64,000 nt of DNA from a virus (Duplodnaviria; Caudoviricetes): positions 676 to 64,675 of the IMG/VR virus record IMGVR_UViG_3300021197_001468; one strand, given 5' to 3'. Under the pieces are notes generated by a model, which was not told the origin of the DNA, did not search any database, and saw only the letters and a program-made list of their open reading frames with translations. The position numbers were made by a program, and so were the translations under genes. Shown one piece after another: positions 18,891-28,551 of this stretch. Each line of letters opens with the position of its first letter. The first letter of the stretch is position 1.

Positions 18891-19625
18891 ATGGCCGATC
18901 CCGACCAGATCATGAAGCAGATGAAGGACGACGCGCGTAAGGAGGAGAACGACAAGCGTGAAGCCCGTGAGTACGAGCTCAAAGTGCAGGCGGCGGAGCG
19001 TCGACTCAAAAGCCGGATGCCTTTTGGCGTCGGCATCGGGGGGTTTCGCGACAACGAGCTCACTTACGAGAGGCACGGTGTTGGAGACCCGCGGCGCGAT
19101 CAAGACATGATCAGCCTGGAGGTTGAGGGCGTCGAGGTCTCTCCGCACGGCAACACGCGCACTCCCAGCCAGGCCAGTGTGTACCGGAGCTCCTTCAAAA
19201 AGCCTGTAGTCGGTAGAACCGGCCGGGATTATCGCTTCCCGGCGAAGGGTCGCATGCCCGCAGCGGAGGTGACCACACCAGACCTCAGTGAGGTTCGCAC
19301 TGAAGTGCGTGACGAGTCTGGCCGAGAGATCCCGGCGCTCGACCGCATGGCCGCACTGGGTGAGTTCCGCAACGCGCTCACGAAGGCTCGCTCCGAGCTG
19401 GGACCCACGCAGTCCTACGCCCCTGAGTTCGAGGAGGCTCTGTTTCGCGTGATGCGTGAGCAGGCTCTCCGACTTCAGATCCCCGACGCAGAGCTCGCCC
19501 GCAGCGTGGACGAGCTCGACAAGCTCTCCAAGGCTGCCGTTCTTGGACGGGAGGGTGCCGGAGTGGGGCTTCCCGTCTCCAGGCTGAAGGGCACTGCCGC
19601 CGACTACCGCCGTGACCGGGACTGA
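18891..19625 (+). CDS. hypothetical protein
   Basis: 244 aa, in operon. Confidence 0.65.
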   Translation: MADPDQIMKQMKDDARKEENDKREAREYELKVQAAERRLKSRMPFGVGIGGFRDNELTYERHGVGDPRRDQDMISLEVEGVEVSPHGNTRTPSQASVYRSSFKKPVVGRTGRDYRFPAKGRMPAAEVTTPDLSEVRTEVRDESGREIPALDRMAALGEFRNALTKARSELGPTQSYAPEFEEALFRVMREQALRLQIPDAELARSVDELDKLSKAAVLGREGAGVGLPVSRLKGTAADYRRDRD

Positions 19626-19628
19626 TTC

Positions 19629-20219
19629 ATGGCTGACAAGTCCAAAATGCCAAAGGACTACGGGGTCTACGCCTCGGGTCTGACCGATGCGAGCGGGACT
19701 CCGTTCGCCTCCATTCAGATTCGCCGTGGGACGAAGGACGTTCCCTCCTTCGAGCGTAGGCAGGTCTACGTCGGCGACACCCTGCCGCAAGGCAACATCA
19801 CCGGCATCACTGCTGAGGGCATCACCGTCATCCCAGACGAGGGTGACGAGTACCTGCTGCCTTTGGGGTCGGGGGCTCGAGTCGACTACGGCGGCCGTAG
19901 GAAGACGCCCAAGAAGATTGACCTCGATGCGGCTCCGATTCTGAATCAGATTGACTTCGACGCCGACGCCTTGGCGGACCTCGCCGAAGACGCCGGGGTG
20001 TACGAGACTTTCAAAGATCAGATGCGGCCGTTCTACGAATACGCTCGGGCACGCGCTGACTCGGACCCGCAGATCACGGAAGAAGACGCGCTTCGCGAGA
20101 TTGCCTTGTTCCAAGCCGGAGATCTCTTCAACCCTGTAGAGAAGAGGGGCTCGATTGAGATGAAGGCGTTTCCGGAGTTCAGCGTAGCGGATCTCCCCTA
20201 CATCGAACCCTTGGACTGA
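19629..20219 (+). CDS. hypothetical protein
   Basis: 196 aa, in operon. Confidence 0.65.
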   Translation: MADKSKMPKDYGVYASGLTDASGTPFASIQIRRGTKDVPSFERRQVYVGDTLPQGNITGITAEGITVIPDEGDEYLLPLGSGARVDYGGRRKTPKKIDLDAAPILNQIDFDADALADLAEDAGVYETFKDQMRPFYEYARARADSDPQITEEDALREIALFQAGDLFNPVEKRGSIEMKAFPEFSVADLPYIEPLD

Positions 20220-20220
20220 C

Positions 20221-20901
20221 ATGGCTCGGAATATCTACATCAGTCAGCCTGCCGCATCTCTTGATGAGACTGTTGCGGGTGTGGCCGACCGTATTCAGGG
20301 CCAGGGCGTCAAGGACCGTAAGACCGCGGAAATCGGTTCTTCTCTACTGACGGCGTTGTCCAACCCTCAGCTGGGCACCCCCGTCAAGCGGACTGCCCCC
20401 GTCAAGGTTGCACCGGTCAAGGCTGCTCCTGACTACCGGTCGACGCCGACTACCGAAGATGACCGCATCGCGGGCGAGCAGATGGTGTCGAACATCTTTG
20501 GGAGCCGGGACATCTCCTCTGACGCGCTCGACATGCTTCGGTTTCGGCGTGGGGAAAAGAAGCGGCAGAAGAGTGCTGCACTCCCGTACGATGGGCCCAA
20601 GCCCCTCGTGGGTCCCGGCGGGCAGATCGACCCGGAGGGCACCGCGGCGTCTCTTGAGAATCGCTCGGTTTACAAGGACTTGCCCCCCGAGGCGCGGCAG
20701 GATGCTGCGCAAGCCGACTTCGACTCTTACATGTCCGACCGTGAAGGACGTGGAGTCCAGAGTAGTCAGAGTTACGAAAGCGAAGAGCTGGGCGGCAACA
20801 TCGTACACCAGTTCGACCGAGACGACGGGATCTCTGTGACCTTCCTCGAGACCCCGAGCGGTAAGCTCTACAACACCACCGACGTAGTCAAGAGGCGGTA
20901 G
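20221..20901 (+). CDS. hypothetical protein
   Basis: 226 aa, in operon. Confidence 0.65.
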   Translation: MARNIYISQPAASLDETVAGVADRIQGQGVKDRKTAEIGSSLLTALSNPQLGTPVKRTAPVKVAPVKAAPDYRSTPTTEDDRIAGEQMVSNIFGSRDISSDALDMLRFRRGEKKRQKSAALPYDGPKPLVGPGGQIDPEGTAASLENRSVYKDLPPEARQDAAQADFDSYMSDREGRGVQSSQSYESEELGGNIVHQFDRDDGISVTFLETPSGKLYNTTDVVKRR

Positions 20902-20904
20902 ACC

Positions 20905-22677
20905 ATGCCCCCCAAGCTTTCCAGCCTGATCGACAGGCACGAGCGCTACTACAAGCGCTACGAGAAGCCGAACTTCGATAAGGCTCGCCGGTTTTACCGG
21001 GGTGAGTTCTACTCGATCAAGAAGGCGGACAACGCCCACGTCGATCGACTGCTGCTCTGCTCCAAGAACCTCATCTACGCCATCGCGGATACTGCGGTCT
21101 CCAGCCTCCTGGGCCCCAACCCCCAGGTGGCCTGTGTTCCGCGGAACCCAGACTCCGAAGAAGCGATGTCGGCAGTCAACGGGCTCATGGGGTTCGTGTT
21201 CGACGAGAACCGGATGCGGCGTCGGTCGGCCACTGCGTTGATCGACGCAGTGCTGTGTAAGCGAGGCATCTTCAAGACAGGGTGGAGCGTCGAGGAAGAC
21301 CGGCCGGTGATCAAGTCGGTCGACCCATCGCGCCTCTACTTCGACATGACTGTCCGCGATGTCGACGACATCAGCTACTGGATCGAGACGACGGTCATCT
21401 CGTACGATCAGTTCAAGGAGCGGGTGGCGAACGGGGTGTACACCATCCCACCGAACGCGGACATCCGGCCCGACCGGTACCCCACCTGGCTCGTCGGAGA
21501 CGACCAGCGCGGTAACGTGGACGCCGTCCGCGACGCCTTCCAGTGGGTGACCGTCTACGAGTACTACAACGTCGACAAGGGCGTCGTACAGCATTACGTG
21601 AAGCAGGCGAACGCTGTCGTCTTTGAAGACAAGATCGACTACATCCCGTACTCGATGTTCAGCCTCAACCAGTCGGGTATCGACTGTACGGGTCTGTCTG
21701 AGGTCCAGCTGGTTCTGAACCAGCAGGAGACGGTCAACGATCTGCTGACGCACCTCAAGGAGATCGCCTACCTCCAGATCCCGCGCATCCTCTACGATGC
21801 CGGGCGCATCACGGAGGAGGACCTGAACAAGGCTGTGGCCGCAACGACGGGCTCGTTCGTGGGGATTCGTCCAGAGAACAGTGAGGCGCTTCGTACGCTC
21901 AACACTCTGTTCTACCCGATGCCGACGCCTGACACCCCCGCCGGTGTCGTCTCGTTCGTCGACCGCCAGGAGAACGACGCAGCGTTCATCTCTGCGCTGG
22001 CTGAGGCGGCTCGAGGACAGGTCGCAGGCGCTCGTACGGCTACGGAGATGGCAATCATCGACGCCCAGATGAGGACGCGCCTGGCGACCCGTGAGGGTCA
22101 CCTCAACGACGCCATCGAAGACGTCGGACGCAAGGCGTTCTACCTGACGCGCAAGTACATGAAGCAGGAGAAGATGATTCGCGTCGCGGGCTCTGCCCGG
22201 TGGGCCGCGGTCAACTTCAAGACGCTTCAGGGTGTCGAGATGGACTTCAAGATGGTGTCCTACAACCCTGTCCGCAAGAACCCTGCGGTCATGGTCGAAG
22301 CCATCATCCAGATGCTGCCCTTCCTGGCAGACAACCCCAACGTCGACTTCCGCGGTCTCACCGAGCAGATCGTCTCGGGTCTCGGCTTCCCAAGCCAGAT
22401 CGTGAAGAACGAGGCCGAGCTCCAGGCGGAGCAGGAAGCCGCGATGCAGCAGCAGCAGGCGATGATGCAGGCTGAGCAGCAGAAGTCTTTGGGTGGTGCT
22501 GCCGCAGGAGCCCCGGCTCTGGCCGCGGACGCTATCGCACAGGATGAGGCCGCCGTAGAGCAGCCCGCGGCAGAGATGCCGCCGGAGCTCCTGGCGTTGT
22601 TGATGGGAGACGCTGCCGCAGCGACCCCCGAAGAATCCTTCGCCGCGGGTGGCGGCGCACCTGTGCGGGAGGGCTGA
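20905..22677 (+). CDS. portal protein (P22/T7-like)
   Basis: 590 aa; ARRFYRG, KNLIY, GIFKTGW, TATE motif, Gln-rich C-terminal barrel. Confidence 0.85.
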   Translation: MPPKLSSLIDRHERYYKRYEKPNFDKARRFYRGEFYSIKKADNAHVDRLLLCSKNLIYAIADTAVSSLLGPNPQVACVPRNPDSEEAMSAVNGLMGFVFDENRMRRRSATALIDAVLCKRGIFKTGWSVEEDRPVIKSVDPSRLYFDMTVRDVDDISYWIETTVISYDQFKERVANGVYTIPPNADIRPDRYPTWLVGDDQRGNVDAVRDAFQWVTVYEYYNVDKGVVQHYVKQANAVVFEDKIDYIPYSMFSLNQSGIDCTGLSEVQLVLNQQETVNDLLTHLKEIAYLQIPRILYDAGRITEEDLNKAVAATTGSFVGIRPENSEALRTLNTLFYPMPTPDTPAGVVSFVDRQENDAAFISALAEAARGQVAGARTATEMAIIDAQMRTRLATREGHLNDAIEDVGRKAFYLTRKYMKQEKMIRVAGSARWAAVNFKTLQGVEMDFKMVSYNPVRKNPAVMVEAIIQMLPFLADNPNVDFRGLTEQIVSGLGFPSQIVKNEAELQAEQEAAMQQQQAMMQAEQQKSLGGAAAGAPALAADAIAQDEAAVEQPAAEMPPELLALLMGDAAAATPEESFAAGGGAPVREG

Positions 22678-23210
22678 TGCCAGTCGCAGACTTCATGTGT
22701 GATTGCGGGTACGAAGAAGACACCATCGTCTACAAGGTCGGGAAGTACCCCGACTGCCCTGAGTGCGGTGCGGTCCTGGTGCGCGACTACAAGTACGGCA
22801 TCAACCTGCGCATCAAGGGCGACGGCTACGGCTCGTTCGTACCTATTGACATGGGCGTACTTGGGTATTGCGACACCAAGGACAAGTACGACGCCGCGTG
22901 CGCTACCATCCGTCAGCGGTACCCCGGTGCGGAGATCAACGTCGAGCGAGAGACGCAGGCGCAGAAGACTGAGCGCCTCGACGAGCACCGGCACAAGGTC
23001 GCCCAGGAGCGTCGGCGGAAGAACGTCGATGACCAAGCAATCAAAGCCGCGAGGCAGGAGTCTCGTCGGGCTCTGCGCATGGGAGCATCCAACGATGAAG
23101 TCGTCAAGAAGAGCGCGAATGAGCTGGTCAGCCCAGGTAGCAACACGACGATCCACCGGAGCCCCACGCGCCCGAAGCTCGCAGGGAAGTCTCGTGTCCT
23201 TGCTGGCTGA
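22677..23210 (+). CDS. FmdB-like zinc-ribbon protein
   Basis: MPVADFMCDCG..CPECG directly after the portal gene. Confidence 0.7.
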   Translation: MPVADFMCDCGYEEDTIVYKVGKYPDCPECGAVLVRDYKYGINLRIKGDGYGSFVPIDMGVLGYCDTKDKYDAACATIRQRYPGAEINVERETQAQKTERLDEHRHKVAQERRRKNVDDQAIKAARQESRRALRMGASNDEVVKKSANELVSPGSNTTIHRSPTRPKLAGKSRVLAG

Positions 23211-23415
23211 CCCTCGCGTTCGCGAAAGCCAGAGCAAGGCTCTCGAGATGCGGAGGCCACTTCGCAAGCTCAAGGACGAGGTTGTCATTGACAGTGTCTG
23301 GTACGAAGACGTGTCAAGGGGCCTCACATACGCGCTGCCCAAGAAGCTGATCATGTCGATTGGGCCGGCGGCAGCGTTCGAGTGGGCTCACCTGAGAAAG
23401 CACTCAGGCGAATAA
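23194..23415 (+). CDS. hypothetical protein
   Basis: 3' part of ORF 22699-23415. Confidence 0.5.
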   Translation: MSLLADPRVRESQSKALEMRRPLRKLKDEVVIDSVWYEDVSRGLTYALPKKLIMSIGPAAAFEWAHLRKHSGE

Positions 23416-23469
23416 CCCGCTCATGACAACTGGCAGAGATTCCACCACTGTGGTAGTGTGAGGTTCACG

Positions 23470-23913
23470 ATGGCAAACGATATGATGGCTGGCAGCGAGA
23501 AGGCGATTGTCCCCGATCGGGACCTGAAGCCTGGCATGGATGTGCTCGACGAGATGCTCTCCGCGCTGGGCCCCGAAGGGGGCATGGTGGAGGAGACCGA
23601 GATGGTCGAGGGCGAGATGCCCGCTGACGCGATGCCCGGCGGTGACGCCACGGGCGACGTCGAGGTGATTGCCTCCGCCCTGGGCATCGAGGCCGCGCAG
23701 GCCCAGGCCCTGTTCGACGCTGCCCAGCAGATGGACAAGACCCGCGGTAAGAGCGGGAAGGAACTCGCAGACATGCTGGCCGACGACTTCCAGCTCCGGA
23801 TGGAGCTCGAGAAGCTGGCGGGCGGCGCTGCTGACCAGATGGAGATGGACATGGCGGAGGACATGGGCGGTATGATGCCGCCCGAGATGCCCCCCGAGAT
23901 GCCCGCTCCGTAA
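23470..23913 (+). CDS. acidic Met-rich protein
   Basis: ORF upstream of the scaffold gene. Confidence 0.65.
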   Translation: MANDMMAGSEKAIVPDRDLKPGMDVLDEMLSALGPEGGMVEETEMVEGEMPADAMPGGDATGDVEVIASALGIEAAQAQALFDAAQQMDKTRGKSGKELADMLADDFQLRMELEKLAGGAADQMEMDMAEDMGGMMPPEMPPEMPAP

Positions 23914-23922
23914 GGAGACCTG

Positions 23923-24789
23923 ATGAGTGAAGTCGACGAGTCTGTCGAATCTGCCGACGTAGGGGAGTCTGTTGATGGCTCCCCTGCTGACGTGTCCGAG
24001 CCCGCCGCCGAAGCCGCCTTTGAGTGGAACGGCGAGGTCGAGTCGCTCCAGTCCGCTGACTGGTTCGGGGGGCTCGACGAGCCTGTTCGGCAGGGGCTAC
24101 TGAACGGCATCCAGCAGAAGTACCAGAACTGGGAGAAGGGCTACAGCTCGAAGTACCAGGAGCTGGCCGACACCCGGAAGACGTACGACAGCCGTGTGGC
24201 TGACCTCCGCTCGCAGGAAGCGCGGGTCCAGAAGTGGTTGTACGGCGAAGGCGACCCCCTCGGCGAGACACGCGCTCAGATGGAGCAGATGAAGACGCAG
24301 CACGAGGCCGCGCTTGGTGCTCTCCGTTCGGAGTACGAGAGCGCCTTGACGAACGTACGGAACGCCCAGAGCGGAGACCTGCAGGCAGCGGTCCAGGCGC
24401 GTGACGAGGCTGTTCAGAAGATTCAGCAGTACGAGCAGGAGCGCGCAGCTGTCGAAGAGGCTCGTGTCGAGAGTCAGGTCGACGAGCTCGAGGGGTGGCT
24501 CGACGCCAACGCCTCGGACATCGTGGCGAACGACGACGCCTTCTACACCTGGTGCGTCCTCTGCACTGGTGGTGCGTCCCCCGAAGACGCTGTCCAGATG
24601 GTGCGGGCCAAGTATGGTGCACCTCCCGTGGCTGAGCCGGAGCCGGAGCCGGAAGCCCCGCCCAAGAGCGTCGAGCTCATGAACATGGGTGGTGCCCGCA
24701 CGGGTACGGCGTCTGGTCAGCCGAAGTCATTCGATGAGATCATGGACGAGATGCGTAGGGCTGCTCAGTCAGGCGCGTTCGTCCGCTGA
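23923..24789 (+). CDS. capsid scaffolding protein
   Basis: acidic coiled coil; KGYSSKYQELA motif; C-terminal PKSFDEIM. Confidence 0.7.
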   Translation: MSEVDESVESADVGESVDGSPADVSEPAAEAAFEWNGEVESLQSADWFGGLDEPVRQGLLNGIQQKYQNWEKGYSSKYQELADTRKTYDSRVADLRSQEARVQKWLYGEGDPLGETRAQMEQMKTQHEAALGALRSEYESALTNVRNAQSGDLQAAVQARDEAVQKIQQYEQERAAVEEARVESQVDELEGWLDANASDIVANDDAFYTWCVLCTGGASPEDAVQMVRAKYGAPPVAEPEPEPEAPPKSVELMNMGGARTGTASGQPKSFDEIMDEMRRAAQSGAFVR

Positions 24790-24790
24790 G

Positions 24791-25042
24791 CTACTGCCGC
24801 CGCGCCATCAGCGCGGCGAACGGAAGAGCGGCAGCCCCCATCGCCAGCGCGGTGTCCCGGCGGTCGCTCTTCTGCTGCGTTGCGGCTGTGTCGACGCCCT
24901 GAGCAGCCAGGTCTTCCTGTCGGGCCTGCTCCTCGAAGCTGAGGGGCTGCTGTGTCGCGTTCTTCTGCCGGCGACGCATGAGTCCGCCAACAGCCATGGG
25001 GAGTGCAGCTGCGCCGATGGTGCCGAGGGTCAGGGGGTCCAT
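24791..25042 (-). CDS. small membrane/virion peptide
   Basis: GGAG RBS; GAAALP at both ends. Confidence 0.55.
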   Translation of the reverse strand: MDPLTLGTIGAAALPMAVGGLMRRRQKNATQQPLSFEEQARQEDLAAQGVDTAATQQKSDRRDTALAMGAAALPFAALMARRQ

Positions 25043-25082
25043 ACTATTCTCCAGGTCGACTTCAGCACCCTATCATGGTAGA

Positions 25083-25649
25083 CTAAGCCCAGCCGTGCGG
25101 GATGATGTGCCCGAGGCCCCAAGGGGTCTCCTGCACCATGACCTTCTTGCCGTTCGGTGATGGGCTTGGCCAAGCCTCGAGCTTTGCTGCGTCTGGGTCA
25201 CGGTTCCAGTAGAAGACCAGTCGCTCGCGCCCTGCGGTTCCCCACCAGCGCTCCCAGCCGTTGGACTCGTAGTAGGCGTGGACCTCCGACTGCGACCCGT
25301 CGAAGTGTTCACTCGGCGACCAGCGCTCCCACCCATCCGGTGGGACGATCTGACCCTCGCTGTTGAGCTCGTACTTCACGCCCGGCAGGTCCGCTTCATC
25401 GACGGTGCCCGGCACCTCGGGCTCCTTCTTCGCCGGCTCGGGCTCCTTGTCCCCACCGCTCGCCGCGCTCTCTTCGCCTGCGGCCAGGCTGCGCATGCCG
25501 CGGACCAGGGCCATGCGTGCGACGGTCGAGCGGCTGACGTTGATGCCCAGCTCTGCGATGACCGGCATGGACGCCACCATGTCGATCATGGCATCGAGCT
25601 TGTCGAGCTCCTCGTGGCTAACCGGCACGTACAACTTCTTCTGAGTCAT
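25083..25649 (-). CDS. putative ribbon-helix-helix regulator
   Basis: GGAGG RBS; KLYVPVSHEELDKL..SRSTVARMAL. Confidence 0.5.
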   Translation of the reverse strand: MTQKKLYVPVSHEELDKLDAMIDMVASMPVIAELGINVSRSTVARMALVRGMRSLAAGEESAASGGDKEPEPAKKEPEVPGTVDEADLPGVKYELNSEGQIVPPDGWERWSPSEHFDGSQSEVHAYYESNGWERWWGTAGRERLVFYWNRDPDAAKLEAWPSPSPNGKKVMVQETPWGLGHIIPHGWA

Positions 25650-26228
25650 TGAGACCTCCGCGGAGACTATAACACTGTCACGGTGGTATGGTGTTTTGAA
25701 AAATAGCTTCGGTCCGGAAAAGGGCTCTGCGGTAGGTACCATAGGCTTGCTGCTTCGGGGTGGCCCCCCCTCCCCCCAAGCCTTCGGCTTGCTTCGGCAC
25801 CACCCAGCGAAGCTGGGCTACGTGCGATCCATCTCTTGGACCAGAATCGGTTCGGTCGGCCGCCGCCGCTGCGGGCGGTCCGATTGCATGAGCCGGGCCC
25901 GGCGGATGCCGACCAGGGAAGCCGACCAGGACGACGGGCCGTCGCCCTGGTCAAGGGGGATCCCATCGGGGATCCTACAGGATCACATTTGAGAACGTCG
26001 ACCAGCACGGCGCTTTCGACAAGGGCTGAATCTTTCTTGCCGCATTGGGTTGCGGGTTCCGTCTCAGCGGGGCACATTGTTTGGGCCAGGGGGGACGACG
26101 CAGTCTCCCGGCGGCACCGGCTCCTTGACATACCCCAATACGATGGACAGACGCGGCAGAGACACCGCGTACCGAGGCCCAACGCCTCGTAGTGAGGCAG
26201 GGTCAAACCTGAGAGAAGAGAGAAGAGA

Positions 26229-26612
26229 ATGTACGTCAAGACCATCACGAAGTTTGAGAATGACCGCCTCGACGGGGATTCAACCCTCGCCATCGCCCTC
26301 CGGATTGACCTGGACGAGATCGTCCAGGAAGCTGGAGACCGTCTGTGGGACCACGTTGATGCGGAGGACGCGGCGGAATTCTACGGCGTCGACATCCTCG
26401 ATCACCTGAACGATGACGAGGTGCTCGACGGCTTCTCCGTCGACGAGAAGCTCAAGAATGTGGCGGTCGAGGAGGTGGTGTCCTGGCTGGAAGGCGAGGG
26501 CTACACGGTGACCCAGGATGACGGGACCTGGGTCCAGGTCTCCAAGTCGACAATCGAGACGATGCGGACGATCCTCAACACTGCGCGGGACCTGCTCGCT
26601 GAATGTGACTGA
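26229..26612 (+). CDS. acidic early hypothetical protein
   Basis: 127 aa, Asp/Glu rich; GAGAAGAGAGAAGAG leader. Confidence 0.7.
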   Translation: MYVKTITKFENDRLDGDSTLAIALRIDLDEIVQEAGDRLWDHVDAEDAAEFYGVDILDHLNDDEVLDGFSVDEKLKNVAVEEVVSWLEGEGYTVTQDDGTWVQVSKSTIETMRTILNTARDLLAECD

Positions 26613-26661
26613 ACAATCACCGGCGGCGCACCTCACGGGGTGCGCCGCCATCGGAGAAGAG

Positions 26662-26766
26662 ATGAACAGAAGAGACGAACTGTTCAGGGCACTCGCCCTG
26701 GTGTGGATGACGTGGACGGCCACATACATGATGTGGCACGTGATCATCGCGATCACGACGCCCTGA
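26662..26766 (+). CDS. small membrane peptide
   Basis: GGAGAAGAG leader; single hydrophobic helix. Confidence 0.5.
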   Translation: MNRRDELFRALALVWMTWTATYMMWHVIIAITTP

Positions 26767-26822
26767 CCAACCGGGGGCGGCTCTTCGGAGCCGCTCCCAC
26801 CCAACAGAGAGAGAGAGAAGAG

Positions 26823-27050
26823 ATGAGAAAACACCTGTTCAATCAATGGAAAATCCCGGCTGACGGCAGCCCCGCTGTCGAACAGTGGGTGGTGAGTATC
26901 GAGGAGATGGGAGTCTTCGAGCGCTTCGGCACCTACGAGGAGGCGCGGGACTTCTGGAAGACGCTCGACACGCAGCCGGTGGAGAAGTGCGTGGTCTGCC
27001 ACGTGGTCTTCACCGGAAACGGGTGCCGCTGCGTGCCCGGCTTTATCTGA
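26823..27050 (+). CDS. hypothetical protein with Cys motif
   Basis: purine-rich leader; CVVC..CRC. Confidence 0.6.
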   Translation: MRKHLFNQWKIPADGSPAVEQWVVSIEEMGVFERFGTYEEARDFWKTLDTQPVEKCVVCHVVFTGNGCRCVPGFI

Positions 27051-27103
27051 GACAACCAGGGCGGGGGCTTCGGCCCCCGCCCACAAACCAAGAGAGAAGA
27101 GAC

Positions 27104-27301
27104 ATGAAGCAGCGATACACATTCAAGTCACTCAACCTGCAGGTCCCCACCCAGGGAGAGGCCCTCGTGGGCCTCACCTTCCTCGACCCCGACGAGGGGT
27201 ACGAGGTCACGGTCAAGGCCGCGGCCTACTTCATCAACCCCCAGGGATGGGGGTGGGTTCTCGACACGAACGGGGGGTCGTTCACCGTCTACGCCGACTG
27301 A
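27104..27301 (+). CDS. hypothetical protein
   Basis: AAGAGAGAAGAGAC-ATG leader. Confidence 0.6.
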   Translation: MKQRYTFKSLNLQVPTQGEALVGLTFLDPDEGYEVTVKAAAYFINPQGWGWVLDTNGGSFTVYAD

Positions 27302-27367
27302 CAAGAGAGAGAGACAACCAGGGCGGGGAGCACTGACTCCCCGCCCGCATCCCAAGAGAGAAGAGAC

Positions 27368-27553
27368 ATGAGCAACAAGACGACAAGGCTGAAGATCGCG
27401 TACCGCATGGGGTACATGGCGAACGCCAATGGGCATCCCCGACTTGCCCCTGATGGAGACCCCCTCCTGTTCGCCGCGTGGTTGGACGGGTACGATGATG
27501 CGGAGATGGACCGCTGCCAGTACTTGGCAGGCGGCGTCGACGACCGAGACTGA
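27368..27553 (+). CDS. hypothetical protein (Rmf-like AY..GY / W..GY pattern)
   Basis: leader identical to 27104; AYRMGY..WLDGY. Confidence 0.6.
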   Translation: MSNKTTRLKIAYRMGYMANANGHPRLAPDGDPLLFAAWLDGYDDAEMDRCQYLAGGVDDRD

Positions 27554-27859
27554 GACAACCCGGGTAGGGGGCTTCGGTCCCCTGCCCCTTCGTCGTTCGA
27601 GTCTCGAGCCTCAAGCCGCAGGCTCTTGGTCACCGGTCAAACCCGGCGGCCCGCGACGTCCGGAGCAGTCCGCCACCGGTTGAACCCCGGTGCATGGTGT
27701 CCGGTAGCAGTCCGGGACCGGGCTCGGCCGGGTACGCGTCCGGCCCGGTAGCAGTCCCGATCGGTGTCCGGGGCCCGGACTCGTCACCCAGGAGGACCCC
27801 GAACGAGAGCGCCCCGACCAGCCGGAGCCGATCGGGGCGAGGGAGCGCGGGCGCTGGCG

Positions 27860-28180
27860 TCAGCCGGACTTGTAGTCTTCCCGATCAGCTTCCCACAGCA
27901 TCTCCATTAGAGGCGTCTCGTTCCGCGCCCGGCGCAACCACGCCCGGCCCTCGGGCGTCAGCGTGGTGTTCCAATGGCCCCCGTTGTTGTCGAACTGCTG
28001 GAAGTCCGCGAGTCTCACGGGCTCCTCGTTGGCGTGCATCTCGAAGCACTCCAGGGCCCACGCGAGCGGGCTGTCAGTCGCCGCGTCGTTGATCTCCGCC
28101 GCGATGAGTTCGCGGCGGTTCCAGGTCCTCCGTCCGCGCGCCTCGTGAGCGCGCTGGCGGGGGGTGTTGTACCGATTCAT
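27860..28180 (-). CDS. hypothetical protein
   Basis: AGGAG RBS, 106 aa. Confidence 0.6.
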   Translation of the reverse strand: MNRYNTPRQRAHEARGRRTWNRRELIAAEINDAATDSPLAWALECFEMHANEEPVRLADFQQFDNNGGHWNTTLTPEGRAWLRRARNETPLMEMLWEADREDYKSG

Positions 28181-28232
28181 GTCACTTCTCCTGTGGCCGG
28201 CGTCCGTTGCCGGTGCCCCAACATACCACGGT

Positions 28233-28322
28233 GGAATCCTTAGCTGGAATCCTTAGCTGGAATTCCAGCTTGAACTCGAACTCGAACTCCCGAACTCGAA
28301 CTCGAACTCGAACTCGAACTCG
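28233..28322. repeat. GGAATCCTTAGCT x2 followed by a GAACTC hexamer array (~8 copies)
   Basis: seen directly. Confidence 0.9.
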
Positions 28323-28551
28323 TCGCCCAGGAGGAGGACCCAGGCCGCCGCCGGTCCCGGTCCCACGCTCGCCGGTCCGGTGTCCGGTAGCAGTCCGGTC
28401 CGGTAGCAGTCCGGTGTCCGGTCCGGGCGTAGCAGTCCGGTCCCGAACGCAAGCGACCCCGTCCGGGTGGGACGGGGTCGCGGGGATCAGGATGCGAGGG
28501 CCACGATAGCCAGGAGGAGAGCGGCCAGGGCGACCCAACCCCGGGCCGCCT

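Noticed and set aside
18264-22101. Long antisense ORFs (652 aa, 585 aa) and similar ones such as 28639-30108 and 37865-39373
   Set aside because: Shadow ORFs produced by high-GC codon bias opposite well-supported genes
26125-26153. Promoter at TTGACA 26125
   Set aside because: No convincing -10 at 16-18 bp spacing
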